A DNA stretch of 64,000 bases, from positions 26,572 to 90,571 of IMG/VR virus record IMGVR_UViG_3300037189_010507; one strand, 5' to 3'. The translations under genes were made by a program, and so were the position numbers. Below are positions 27,302 through 37,500 of the stretch, one piece after another; position 1 is the stretch's first letter; every line of letters begins with the position of its first letter. The notes below the pieces were generated by a model that worked only from the letters and a program-made list of their open reading frames with translations, did not search any database and was not told the DNA's origin. This DNA is from a virus.

Positions 27302-28246
27302 TTATATGTGTATTTGTTTGTTTGTTAATGTAAGTTTAATTTCTGTTTCTGTCATATCACCTGCATCCTTGCGGTCTTCAGGTAATGTGACTGTGTAGAG
27401 TTCCTTGCCACTACACGCATCTAGTATATCATGCTTCATCTGCTCTCCAGCCTCATCATTATCCGAGAAGATAATTATTTTATCAAAATATCTTCTAAGT
27501 AATTTGTATTGATACTCTGAAACTTTTGAGCCGAGTGTGGCAACAACATTGGGGAAACCAGATTGATGAATGAACATTGCATCAACACTACCTTCCACAA
27601 CTATGCAAGAATCATACTGTTTTGCATTTTGGATATTAAACAATACATCGGCTCTTTTAAAGCCTTTGTTGTATAAGTATCTTGGCTCTTGCTCTGTACT
27701 GATAGCACGACCAATAAAACCAACTAACTTATATTGTGCATCCCTTACAGGAATTACAATTCTTTCTTTCTTGGTTGAATAACCAATTTCAAAATATTCA
27801 AGTGTTTCAACTAACAGTCCTCTTTCAATGAAAGTAAATAGATTATTAATTTCATCTTCATTAGAGTAATCAATCTCAACATCAGAAATATTTAATTGCT
27901 CTTTTTCTCCCTCTTCATAATTTAAATCTCTATCAATAGCATTTTTAAGGGCTAAATGATCTAGCTTTATATCTTTTGTAAAAGGCTTACCAGTAATCTG
28001 TTTGTACAGTTGTCTGAAATTACCCTTTTTACCGCAAGACGGATTAAAGCATTGCCAAAGACCAGTTTTTACATTTATATAAAAAGCAGGACTATGTAGA
28101 TTTTTATGAAATGGGCAAAAGATTGTTACTTCATTCATACCCTCATTATGGATATGAATATTATAATTATCAAATAACTCTCTTATGTTTCTTTCAATAT
28201 TACTTGAAGAAATGTAACTGGAATTTGAAGATATTTGATTTCGCAT
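27302..28246 (-). CDS. dnaG: DNA primase (CHC2 Zn finger + Toprim)
   Basis: CPFH...WQCF..C, GFIGR, VVEG..D and DNDEAG. Confidence 0.92.
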   Translation of the reverse strand: MRNQISSNSSYISSSNIERNIRELFDNYNIHIHNEGMNEVTIFCPFHKNLHSPAFYINVKTGLWQCFNPSCGKKGNFRQLYKQITGKPFTKDIKLDHLALKNAIDRDLNYEEGEKEQLNISDVEIDYSNEDEINNLFTFIERGLLVETLEYFEIGYSTKKERIVIPVRDAQYKLVGFIGRAISTEQEPRYLYNKGFKRADVLFNIQNAKQYDSCIVVEGSVDAMFIHQSGFPNVVATLGSKVSEYQYKLLRRYFDKIIIFSDNDEAGEQMKHDILDACSGKELYTVTLPEDRKDAGDMTETEIKLTLTNKQIHI

Positions 28247-28388
28247 CGTAGTCTGTTGTTAGCTTAGTCTTCTTAAAATCACCGTATTCGGCCTTCCATT
28301 CATCTTCAATCCAAGGTCTCAACCTTACGATTGTCTCAATGTCTTGAGCCTCACCAGCAATATACTTCTTTGGAATTATAGTTCCCAT
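28200..28388 (-). CDS. small hypothetical protein
   Basis: overlaps the helicase stop; protein-like composition. Confidence 0.65.
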   Translation of the reverse strand: MGTIIPKKYIAGEAQDIETIVRLRPWIEDEWKAEYGDFKKTKLTTDYDAKSNIFKFQLHFFK

Positions 28389-29593
28389 TCTTCTGTCCAC
28401 TTTCCTGTCTCTAGGTTCCATCTTAGATAAAAACCAAAATGTGTTGATCTTCTTACTTTTCTTGATACTACTTGAAATACATCTGAATTGTATTCACGAT
28501 GAATTGCAAGCACTAAGTCTGCATCGTAAGCAAGTTGCTTACTCCATGCTACCTCTTCCAATTCTGGCGGTCTTTCTGAGTGACCTTCATTCATTGTTAC
28601 TGCTGCTACGTCAATGATAGGGATTCCATTTTTAACAGCAATTCTCTTGAATGCCTTTGAAAGATTTTTTGCCTTCTCTGTCTCATTTTTTGCACCACTG
28701 GCATCATCAAATAATCCGTGGTAATCCAAAATAACCATGTCAGGATGATATTGGTCAATCTTTGCTTGAACCATATTTTGATCTGCTGTTTCAAGACCCT
28801 CTGATGTTACAAGATAGATAGGATGCTTACCTTCAAAGGTTGCTTCAGCCCATCTCTCATAACTATCCACAATGCCCCTATTCGCTTTTACAAGATCGGT
28901 ATTAGTAAAGTGACCTTCTCCATTGTTTAACAATGTGTCAAGTCTCTGCCCCTCCTGTTGCTTATTCATTTCTAATGAAATAATCAATGGGCGATAACCT
29001 GCTCTCCAAGCATTAGCAGCAAATAGTCTAGCAATAAAACTTTTACCAACTCCTGTCCAACCTAAAAGAACAACAAAGTCTCCCGGTTGCCAACCACCAA
29101 AAGATTTATCAAGAACTTTAATACCACTTGGAATCCCAGGAATATCTCTAGCTTCTTGCAAGGATCTTTCTCTTAAGTTGTCTGCTCTATCTTTCCACTC
29201 ACTTACTAAGTCAGTATCTTTCAAGCTGCTAGAGAACTTATACAATTGAGATGTTGATTGCATAAGGTAAGCCATTGATTCTTTTGGCCCCATATCTTTG
29301 AGTATATTATGAGCCTTAGAAATAATCTGTCTTGTCTGATAGGACAGAGATTCCCTCTTTGCTTCATCAATATAATAAGTTAATGGTTCAGGTGTGTTAA
29401 TAAATTCAAAGTCTGGGTAATGATGTTTTACCGTATCTTTTGATGGTGTCTTTTTATATTCATCGTAGTGTTGCACTACGAAATTCCAAATGTCACGGTA
29501 TTCAACAAATACATTCTCAATACCATCGTTTACTGCCGTTACATATTCTCCAGAATTAAGTAAGGAGTTTATAACCCTTAACTCATAATTCAT
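28376..29593 (-). CDS. dnaB: DnaB-like replicative helicase
   Basis: GIPSG...LD..FGG, GWTGVGKS, ISLEM, ILDY and YDADLVL. Confidence 0.93.
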   Translation of the reverse strand: MNYELRVINSLLNSGEYVTAVNDGIENVFVEYRDIWNFVVQHYDEYKKTPSKDTVKHHYPDFEFINTPEPLTYYIDEAKRESLSYQTRQIISKAHNILKDMGPKESMAYLMQSTSQLYKFSSSLKDTDLVSEWKDRADNLRERSLQEARDIPGIPSGIKVLDKSFGGWQPGDFVVLLGWTGVGKSFIARLFAANAWRAGYRPLIISLEMNKQQEGQRLDTLLNNGEGHFTNTDLVKANRGIVDSYERWAEATFEGKHPIYLVTSEGLETADQNMVQAKIDQYHPDMVILDYHGLFDDASGAKNETEKAKNLSKAFKRIAVKNGIPIIDVAAVTMNEGHSERPPELEEVAWSKQLAYDADLVLAIHREYNSDVFQVVSRKVRRSTHFGFYLRWNLETGKWTEEWEL

Positions 29594-29891
29594 CTGTCAT
29601 TCGCTTTCTTGTTTCTTCTAATATTGCCTGAAATTTGCTTTCTGATTTATTATCAAATTGCACCTTGTCTATATATGTCTTAGATTCAATTGCAAAATCA
29701 AAAACTAAAACTGGCCCTGACTTTGCTTTGACAAAAGATTCAATTGCCTTAAACAACAGTTCTGATTCATAGAATTCAGAAATCGCTTTGGCTACTGGTT
29801 CTTGCCTTGGTGAATCTGGGATAAACAACTTACTGTGCTTTTTGCAACAATCTTGAAAGTGTTGAATTGTCTGTTCTCCAGTTACTTTCAT
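29583..29891 (-). CDS. hypothetical protein (possible helicase loader)
   Basis: TAAGGA SD before MKVTGEQ; directly upstream of the helicase. Confidence 0.65.
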   Translation of the reverse strand: MKVTGEQTIQHFQDCCKKHSKLFIPDSPRQEPVAKAISEFYESELLFKAIESFVKAKSGPVLVFDFAIESKTYIDKVQFDNKSESKFQAILEETRKRMTDEL

Positions 29892-30132
29892 CTTCCTTAT
29901 ATGCTCTTTTCCAAATCGTGTTGAGGTAATCATACTCTGACATACCCGCAACAACTCCTACAAAATAATCATTTTCTAATGCCATTATTAGGCATTCTTT
30001 TTTAACATTACATCTCGCACAGCCAGATTTTGCATATTTAACATCGTTAAGATCATAAGACAACCATTTGTTGGCAAACTTATCGTTAGCACAAACTGCC
30101 TCATCTCTCCAACTACTTTGTTGTTGCATCAT
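29830..30132 (-). CDS. whiB: second, divergent WhiB-family protein
   Basis: SWRDEAVC...AKSGCARCNVKKECL..AL....GVVAG. Confidence 0.8.
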   Translation of the reverse strand: MMQQQSSWRDEAVCANDKFANKWLSYDLNDVKYAKSGCARCNVKKECLIMALENDYFVGVVAGMSEYDYLNTIWKRAYKEDESNWRTDNSTLSRLLQKAQ

Positions 30133-30316
30133 CCAACTCTTTGAGTTTCGCTTCAATTTGCAAATCAATAGAATCCCAAAGCTTTTTCCAAGCTACTTCG
30201 TCTTCTAAAGATGATGCCATTGTCTTTGCACCTGCATCCAATCTTAGCGACTCATAGTTGCCAAGATTTTTTGTGATGCCAAGTGATGCCCAAATTTCTA
30301 CTTTTTCTTCTGCCAT
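30113..30316 (-). CDS. conserved small phage protein
   Basis: LGITKNLGNYESLRLDAG motif; GAGG SD. Confidence 0.75.
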   Translation of the reverse strand: MAEEKVEIWASLGITKNLGNYESLRLDAGAKTMASSLEDEVAWKKLWDSIDLQIEAKLKELDDATTK

Positions 30317-30323
30317 AATTACC

Positions 30324-30758
30324 TCAGAATTTTAATTTTACTTTCTGTTCAATTGATTTAATTTTTGAATTAACATCAATACTTTTACTTTGCGCTGGTC
30401 TTCCCGGAATCCTAGTGTTAAAGAATTCAATCATCTCATAAATGTCTGATTCTTCATAATATCTCCAGTTTTCATAGCTTTTATACTTATCCCCAAATTT
30501 ATTTGGTGAGGGAATAAGATTTTTTTTCTCATACTTTCTTAGGGTATCAGATCTTTTTTCTACAATCTTTGCAACTTCTCCAACAGTATAAAGTCGTGTT
30601 AGAAGAATTTCGCATTGCTCGTATGGTATCAGAATAGATTCTCCATTGTCCAGCCTTTCGGCAAGAATCTTATTAGAATTTTTGCTGATTTTTTTTAATT
30701 TCACAATAGTATTTGCGTATCTATAAAACTTATTTAGAACTGGTTTTCTTGTTATCAT
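30324..30758 (-). CDS. MerR-type HTH DNA-binding protein
   Basis: YTVGEVAKIV.....TLRKYEK..LIP...WRYY...DI. Confidence 0.85.
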   Translation of the reverse strand: MITRKPVLNKFYRYANTIVKLKKISKNSNKILAERLDNGESILIPYEQCEILLTRLYTVGEVAKIVEKRSDTLRKYEKKNLIPSPNKFGDKYKSYENWRYYEESDIYEMIEFFNTRIPGRPAQSKSIDVNSKIKSIEQKVKLKF

Positions 30759-30942
30759 TTACAACCACTTTCTCATGCTTAAGTTTTTCTAAAAATATAT
30801 TTAATTTTTCAACCTCAATATCTTTGGTATCACTACATATTACACATGTAACATCAACATAGTAAGTTCCATATACATAATATGGTTCACCAATAAACTT
30901 AGGTCCACTACATACAGCACACTTAAGTCTAATTTTATCCAT
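30730..30942 (-). CDS. Zn-ribbon protein
   Basis: CAVC...CVIC. Confidence 0.7.
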   Translation of the reverse strand: MDKIRLKCAVCSGPKFIGEPYYVYGTYYVDVTCVICSDTKDIEVEKLNIFLEKLKHEKVVVNDNKKTSSK

Positions 30943-30943
30943 A

Positions 30944-32110
30944 TTAGTCCAACCAGCAAGTATACTCGGCAGTTACTATTCCCTTTTCTGGGTGGATAAA
31001 CATCAACGGCTGTGATGCTTTACCAATAGCAGCAAGACTCTCCATTGCGTATGTATTAGTTGATTCAGGGCTTCCTGAGATGCGACATTGAACACTATTA
31101 AATGTCATCTTAGTTGGAGTATGGAAGTGCCCAAAATAAACATCATCAAAATCCTCCTCAATTGCTCCTACTTTCCATCCATAAATTTTCTTTTGGAATG
31201 AGTAGAGAGTTGAAAGACTGCCAAATTGATCACCATGAATTAACAATGACTTATAGTTGCCAATTGTGTCAATTGCATACCAGTTTCTTTCACCACGACC
31301 ATCTGGGATAATAAACTTAATCCTCTTTTCATTTTCAAACATAAGTTGAACAATGCGATAAAGCATTCTATCTCCGTTTGTTTCGGGATCGTGGTCTCTT
31401 CTTGCTCTACCGCCAATTGAACCATGATTACCAATTACACCGACAAATGTAACTGTTTCAAAATTCTCAAGCATCTTTGTCAAGAAATTCTTAATAATCC
31501 TTGGTCCATCAACAGTGATTTGACGATACAAGCCTCCATCAACCAAGAAGCTCTGACCGGGAAAGATTAATTCTCCTTCAACAATATCTCCTAAAGCCCA
31601 AACATGTAGGTGCTTAACTGGATGTTCAGTTCTCTGAATTTCTGTCAGTCTGATTACAGTATCAGCATACTGTTCAATTCTCTTTTCACAAATTTCAGAA
31701 TTATAAGTAGGAGTTACTTTTGCTAACTGCCAGTCTGCAATCACAGCAACAGCAACTTCTTCTGAGTGCTTTCTTTTATCTTTTGCAGGTGCTGGTACAC
31801 GGATAATCTTGTTATCCTTGATATCTTCCTTGACTGCACGATATACAGCATCTGCAATAGCGTCTTGCTTTGTCTTAATTTTTTCATACTCTTGCAGTAG
31901 TTTTGCATATGAAACTTTAAGTTCAGATTCAGTAGTTGGGGCTTTCCCAATAACTGGATTTACAGGGATTTCTACAAGCCCATTTTCTTTTCTAAACTTG
32001 CACAGTCCAAGAGAATCAATTGATTTTCTACAACTCGGATCTGCGTATTTTTGGTTTTGTGTATTTGGTTCAAAGGTCTGATTACAACCTTCTGCTCCAC
32101 ATTCTTTCAT
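30944..32110 (-). CDS. calcineurin-like metallophosphoesterase with N-terminal Zn-finger-like segment
   Basis: ADWQ, LGDIVEG, GNHG, HGDQ and GHFH. Confidence 0.88.
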   Translation of the reverse strand: MKECGAEGCNQTFEPNTQNQKYADPSCRKSIDSLGLCKFRKENGLVEIPVNPVIGKAPTTESELKVSYAKLLQEYEKIKTKQDAIADAVYRAVKEDIKDNKIIRVPAPAKDKRKHSEEVAVAVIADWQLAKVTPTYNSEICEKRIEQYADTVIRLTEIQRTEHPVKHLHVWALGDIVEGELIFPGQSFLVDGGLYRQITVDGPRIIKNFLTKMLENFETVTFVGVIGNHGSIGGRARRDHDPETNGDRMLYRIVQLMFENEKRIKFIIPDGRGERNWYAIDTIGNYKSLLIHGDQFGSLSTLYSFQKKIYGWKVGAIEEDFDDVYFGHFHTPTKMTFNSVQCRISGSPESTNTYAMESLAAIGKASQPLMFIHPEKGIVTAEYTCWLD

Positions 32111-32151
32111 AGGGACTCCTTCTCAGTCCCGAATATCATACCATAGGATAT

Positions 32152-32595
32152 TTAGATGTTTGGTCTTTTTAATCTATTTTCTATTGGTTTATTTTGAGCA
32201 TGATTTCTTTTCTTTGTATGAGGCTTTGTTTTCTTTACAGTCTCCCTCATTTTGTCTTTTCGACTTGCAGAAGGTTTATGGCCTTCTTTATGTACAGCAC
32301 TATGCTCAGAATGTGTACAAAGAAAAAGATTATCTAATCTATTATCAACTTTTATTTCATTAATGTGATGAACAGTTTCCCAAGGTTCTAGATATCTACC
32401 AAGATATTCTTCCATAACAAGACGGTGTTCATATGCGTAACCACGAATATTACGCGGGTGATCAGTCTTAAGGACTCTTACATACCCTTTATCGTCAATA
32501 TATTTTCCGCCGTTATAGTTGGCGCTATCTTCACCAGATGGAAGACTATCTGACCACTTAACATCTTTTCTTTTAGACGCAAGTTCTCTTGGCAT
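32152..32595 (-). CDS. HNH endonuclease
   Basis: YEHRLVME..LGR.L...E.VHHIN..K.DNR..NL....H..H...H. Confidence 0.9.
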   Translation of the reverse strand: MPRELASKRKDVKWSDSLPSGEDSANYNGGKYIDDKGYVRVLKTDHPRNIRGYAYEHRLVMEEYLGRYLEPWETVHHINEIKVDNRLDNLFLCTHSEHSAVHKEGHKPSASRKDKMRETVKKTKPHTKKRNHAQNKPIENRLKRPNI

Positions 32596-32598
32596 ATT

Positions 32599-33270
32599 TT
32601 ATGCTTGGCCAATCCACTCGCCAATATCTTCAATATAAAATTGCATTTTACCAGCAGCCCCAAGAACTGTCCAGCCAGATGCATTATTTGAGTTTGATTT
32701 GTATCTTTCAAGTTCAACAATATGACTTTGATTATTAGCATTAGTTCCTTGAAATACATACGAGTATGTCCCAGCTCCAAAAACAATATCACTTCTTAAG
32801 GTTATATTATTAGTAGTAGGAGCCTCTGCATCTGTGTTAATATATAATCCAGCACCAGATGATAAAACAAATGTGCTAAGAATTGTACCAGTATTGGCAG
32901 TATTTCCAGTTCTAAATCTTATATAGTAAATACTGTCTTCACCACCAGCATCAGCTTGCACAATACCTGGGCAGATAAAAGTTAATCTATAGTATCTTTG
33001 TGAAGATAATGTAACTCTATTGTCATAAGCAACGTTGCCTTCTGTTTCTTGAGTTAGCGAAATAATTTTAGTATGTTTAAAAATATCACCTGCAACTGAA
33101 CCATTTGAAACATTCCCAGTTGCCTCTCTTATTTTTAAGATCCCCTTTGGTTTGCTGTCATTGACAAGTTTTACTTGATCAATATTTGTAGACATTTGGT
33201 TAAGTCTTACACTTGTAATGGGGGTAAGGTCTGACCAAGAGACTGTTGAATAATTTGTATAATCAGGCAT
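32599..33270 (-). CDS. virion structural/minor tail protein
   Basis: PITSVRLNQM.TNID N-terminus; C-terminal beta-rich domain ending IEDIG. Confidence 0.65.
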   Translation of the reverse strand: MPDYTNYSTVSWSDLTPITSVRLNQMSTNIDQVKLVNDSKPKGILKIREATGNVSNGSVAGDIFKHTKIISLTQETEGNVAYDNRVTLSSQRYYRLTFICPGIVQADAGGEDSIYYIRFRTGNTANTGTILSTFVLSSGAGLYINTDAEAPTTNNITLRSDIVFGAGTYSYVFQGTNANNQSHIVELERYKSNSNNASGWTVLGAAGKMQFYIEDIGEWIGQA

Positions 33271-33283
33271 ACTATCTATTATA
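33271..33283 (-). promoter_or_regulatory. leaderless-type -10 box
   Basis: TATAAT-7 nt-ATG with no SD. Confidence 0.6.
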
Positions 33284-34574
33284 CACCTTCAAGAGCCTGT
33301 AATCTAGCCTCTAAAACCTCTATTTTCTCCATCAGCATTTTGATTCCAGCAGTCAAAATAGGTGTTAGTTTTGAATAATCAACTTGTTGGTACTGTGGAT
33401 AGCCATCTTCATTTATTGCATCTTTATCACCAGATACTGCATATGGGATAATTTCTTGAAGTTCATGAGCAATAAAACCATGCGACCATTGATCAGGGTC
33501 AGATACCCAATTGAATTCAACTGGTTTTAACTTATTTAAAATTTCTTCTATATTTGAAATAATTTTAATATTTGTTTTTAATCTATAATCAGAGCCTGAA
33601 TTATAGCTTGTTCCACCTCCTGTAACTTTAATATCTCCAACTACTGAACCTCTTCTTCTAAATTCAGCAATTAATACAGGGTCGCTACCGCTTGTTGTTT
33701 GATTTAAAACCAAACACCCTCCTGGTCTAGTAAATGTTGCAAATCCAGAACTTGACAACCAACCACCAGATGCGCCTGTACCACCACTTGATTGGTTGGT
33801 ATCATTGCCAATTCCAGCACTTGTTGTAACCAGTAATTGATCAATACTTCCTTCACCACTAATTGACAGACCAGGAGAGTCAACAGATGTTGATGTAATT
33901 TGTGTATTAGTAACAGTTCCACCAATATTACTTGAAACAGTCATACCATCAGAGTCAATTAAGATATCATAATAATATGATGGGGTAGCAAAGCCTGCGG
34001 GGATATACGAATGTAGATTCATTATTCCATTACTATATAATGCCGTATAATTTGCATTTAGCGTTGGGGCTTGTCCTGCATAAATCTTATCTGCACCTAA
34101 AGTCCAGCCGCCAATTGTTCCGCTATTTGATATGACAGTACCCCTCATTGTCACATTGCTAAACTCAGCGTTACCATTGCTATATATTGCCCAACCAACA
34201 CTACCGCTTTGGAATCCATTGCTTTTAATAATATTATTAACTAAGATTATATTTGATGAAAGTTCATTAGCAGTAATTGTGCCTGCTGCTATCTCATTTG
34301 CTGTAATGGCATTTGCCTGAACTCTAATACCTCTTGGGTTTAAAACCCTTTCCTCAACTGCACTTACAATAAATGTTTTAAGGCTTATAACATTATTCTC
34401 CTCAAATGCTCTTCTTGAAGTGCCAGGACTTGCAACTGGATAGGTAATAAAATCAAAAATGGAGTATTTAGTATAATCAATTAAATTAGATGTTAGGCCA
34501 TCATGTCGGTGACCAATATCTCTTTTAAAAATAACTTGATTTTCATTTATATTAATTTTTGGGTCAATTGCCAT
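33279..34574 (-). CDS. tail spike/fibre with C-terminal S74 intramolecular chaperone
   Basis: SDYRLKTNI...LKPVEFNW...GFIAHELQ...VDYSKL; Gly/Ser beta-helix; TAATG start at 34574. Confidence 0.88.
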   Translation of the reverse strand: MAIDPKININENQVIFKRDIGHRHDGLTSNLIDYTKYSIFDFITYPVASPGTSRRAFEENNVISLKTFIVSAVEERVLNPRGIRVQANAITANEIAAGTITANELSSNIILVNNIIKSNGFQSGSVGWAIYSNGNAEFSNVTMRGTVISNSGTIGGWTLGADKIYAGQAPTLNANYTALYSNGIMNLHSYIPAGFATPSYYYDILIDSDGMTVSSNIGGTVTNTQITSTSVDSPGLSISGEGSIDQLLVTTSAGIGNDTNQSSGGTGASGGWLSSSGFATFTRPGGCLVLNQTTSGSDPVLIAEFRRRGSVVGDIKVTGGGTSYNSGSDYRLKTNIKIISNIEEILNKLKPVEFNWVSDPDQWSHGFIAHELQEIIPYAVSGDKDAINEDGYPQYQQVDYSKLTPILTAGIKMLMEKIEVLEARLQALEGV

Positions 34575-37500
34575 TATGTAACCTTCCTTAATGTAAGAGA
34601 TTGACTTAAAGATTCGCCATACCCAAATTCTTGTGATATTACCCAATAATCTTGATTTGTAAGATCAAATGAATTAAATGATGTAATTCTAATTCTATCA
34701 CCTAATTGAATTTTTGGGACACACATTGTATTAATTGTTATAATTGGAACAGGATCGCTTACTTTTTCAATTATAAAATCAGCCAATTTTTGAGCATGCT
34801 CTTCTGATGTGATATAAGGACTTTCAATAGTTAATTCTTTCAAACCATACTTACGAATATTTTCAGAAAGTGAATCTTTTTTTTCAGTAATTTGAGCATT
34901 GTTTAAAGTCGCAATAATTGGATTTCCACGAATTTCAAAAGAAGATATAATATTTGTTCTTGGGTCTTCTCCCTGTACATATATGTGATTGTCATAATCA
35001 ACATTTGCCGATGCTGCGAAAATTAATCTAGATGTATAAGGACCACTTTCAAATTTAATTATATCAACAGTATTCGGCTCATCATAAACAATCCCGGTTG
35101 ATATAGGATACTTAACCGCAATTGCTGGTTTCTTATCATATGTAACTTCATATGATCTAGCTTCTCTTATTTTTGTATTAGCAGCAACATTGCCAAGAAT
35201 TGGAGTCCCGAATTTGCCTCTTTCCACATTTAAAAAATAATTATCAGATTTAGAACGATATCGAACAATTTCAGTTTGTCCAGCGCTAGTGAAAGCTAAA
35301 TACCCAACATTGGGAAATACTGGACTTGTCGTTGAGGAAACATGGATTCCATCATGCGATGATAATATTGGTGTTATTAATTTAACAACCCCAAGTGTTG
35401 TTTTGTCTTCTACTGCCCATAAAACTTCTGGGAAAAGTGCAACTTTTGTAACTGCTGATATCTTTACAACAACTTTATTTGTTTGCAATTGAACATTCAA
35501 ACTGCCATCGATAATATTTGTTGTATCGCTAAAGCTATATTGAATATTTGAATGTTGATCTATTGAAGATTCAAAAAATCTATTATAATGTTCGTACCTA
35601 GCAAACCCTTCTTCATCTATATAGAATCTTCCTAAATCAGCCAGTGTGATTTCATCAATAGCCCCTCGTAGATTTTCCTGTTCTGAATAGATATATGGAA
35701 AAATTTCAGTGTAAGCAATTTGTGAAGATATATATCTATTTTTAACTTCTTGTGATGTTAGACACTTTTTATATATTGCAAATTCATCAATAATCAATTC
35801 TCTTGTTGTTGATGGAGCTTGCTCTGCACCAGATGCAACATTGTAATAAGAACCCCTTCCGCCAACTGTAATATCAGATTGACTTAAGACAACATTCCCA
35901 TTTACTGTATCTGTATCTTTTAAATCACCATTTATATAATACGATAATAAATTACTTGCAGAATCGTAACTTACGAGGATATGGTAAAATTCAGATTGTA
36001 AAAGATCAGTTGTATCAGAAACAGATGCTGTTGTAATTGTTGGTCCTGTTGTTTTAATTTTAAAACCATGACTTGATGTATCATTATAATAAAATTCAAA
36101 ACCATTATTTGGATTATTATTAGCCCAGCAAGAAAGATATTCTCCATCACCAGTAGAAAAATGTCCATCATTAAATTTACATATTAATTCAATAGTAAAA
36201 TCTTCTTCTGTAACCGCAATTGATTCATGATTTGGAATTCTTATGTATGCACTATTTGTTAATAATATGCCAGTATTGTCGTTATCAGATACCAATCCAG
36301 TTGCATAACTCAATTGAGCATTACTATGAATAAAGGCATCATTTTGATGATGATTTAAAGCAATATTATTTATAGCGTATGTAGTTGGCACAATGCCAGT
36401 TAAATTTCTTGATCCAAGACCATCTCTTGCAACAACTGAACGGAATTGCGCTGCGTTCAGCAATGTTTTTGTTGAAGATATATAGGAATGCAAACTCATT
36501 GAAAAATTTGCATTTCCTGGACCATGGAAGAAATCGATTCTTATTTTATAAGGAACGCCAGCAGTTAAGTTTTGACTAATTGTTGTCAAAGATACAGATG
36601 AATTTTCCCCATAGGATTCAGCCAATAGAATATCGTCTATGTAAATACGACCTCCACCATTTGAAATATCAAGAATAAGACTTTGTGAGCCTGATGTTTT
36701 GGGGAAATAATACCCGTCTACGACTCCGTTAAAATACTTTGTATATGTAACAGAGTTTACATTTCCCAAGAATGAAAAATTAGACAAATTTAGAGCATTT
36801 GTATTTGAAACAGATATTTCTGTTGATATTCTAGTTGAATCTGGAACTGCATAGACAGCTTCTCCTTTTATTCTTTCTTCAACTGATATATTCTTTTCTA
36901 GAATATCTGCTTTTATTGTTTTATAGTCGGCTTCAAAACCTGGTCTCATGCCCCAGAATCTGCATCTTAATCCTGGATTAAGAGTTGTCAAGACTCCATT
37001 TTTATCAATAGCATCTTCACTAAAAGAATATCTGACAACACCGCCAAGTTGGGAAATCCCCTTACTGTACGGAAGATTATGTGAATAGTCTGCTTTTGGG
37101 AAGTTTCTTCTCAAAACAAGATTTTGGACAGCCTCACTCATTGTTTTGTTTTCAACTAGGAAACCATTTGTTAATTTTGTTTCAGATAAAAATTTTGACC
37201 AATCAGATCCTGTTACAGATACGGTCATATCACTAGTTGAGGTTGTCCATTCATCTACATAAAATGTACCCATAGATACATATTCATAGGGATCAAATTG
37301 AACAATAGAGCCAGCTGTATGAGCATTTGTGTCAGTTTGCTGAATTCCTCTTTCTGAGAGACTGATTGTATTAGTTGATGTTACAGCATTGCATAATATA
37401 ATTTCTCTATTTTCTTTATTTGGATTTAGTGTAACAATAAAATTATTATTTACTCCGCCAGTTGGAAAAATATCAGAATTAATAACGGACATGGTATTTG

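Noticed and set aside
32478-32792. Alternate-frame minus-strand ORFs such as 32478..32792, 1336..1650 and 25192..25473
   Set aside because: No SD and Leu/Ile-rich off-frame composition, unlike the nested dcm ORF, which has an SD and a recognisable motif.
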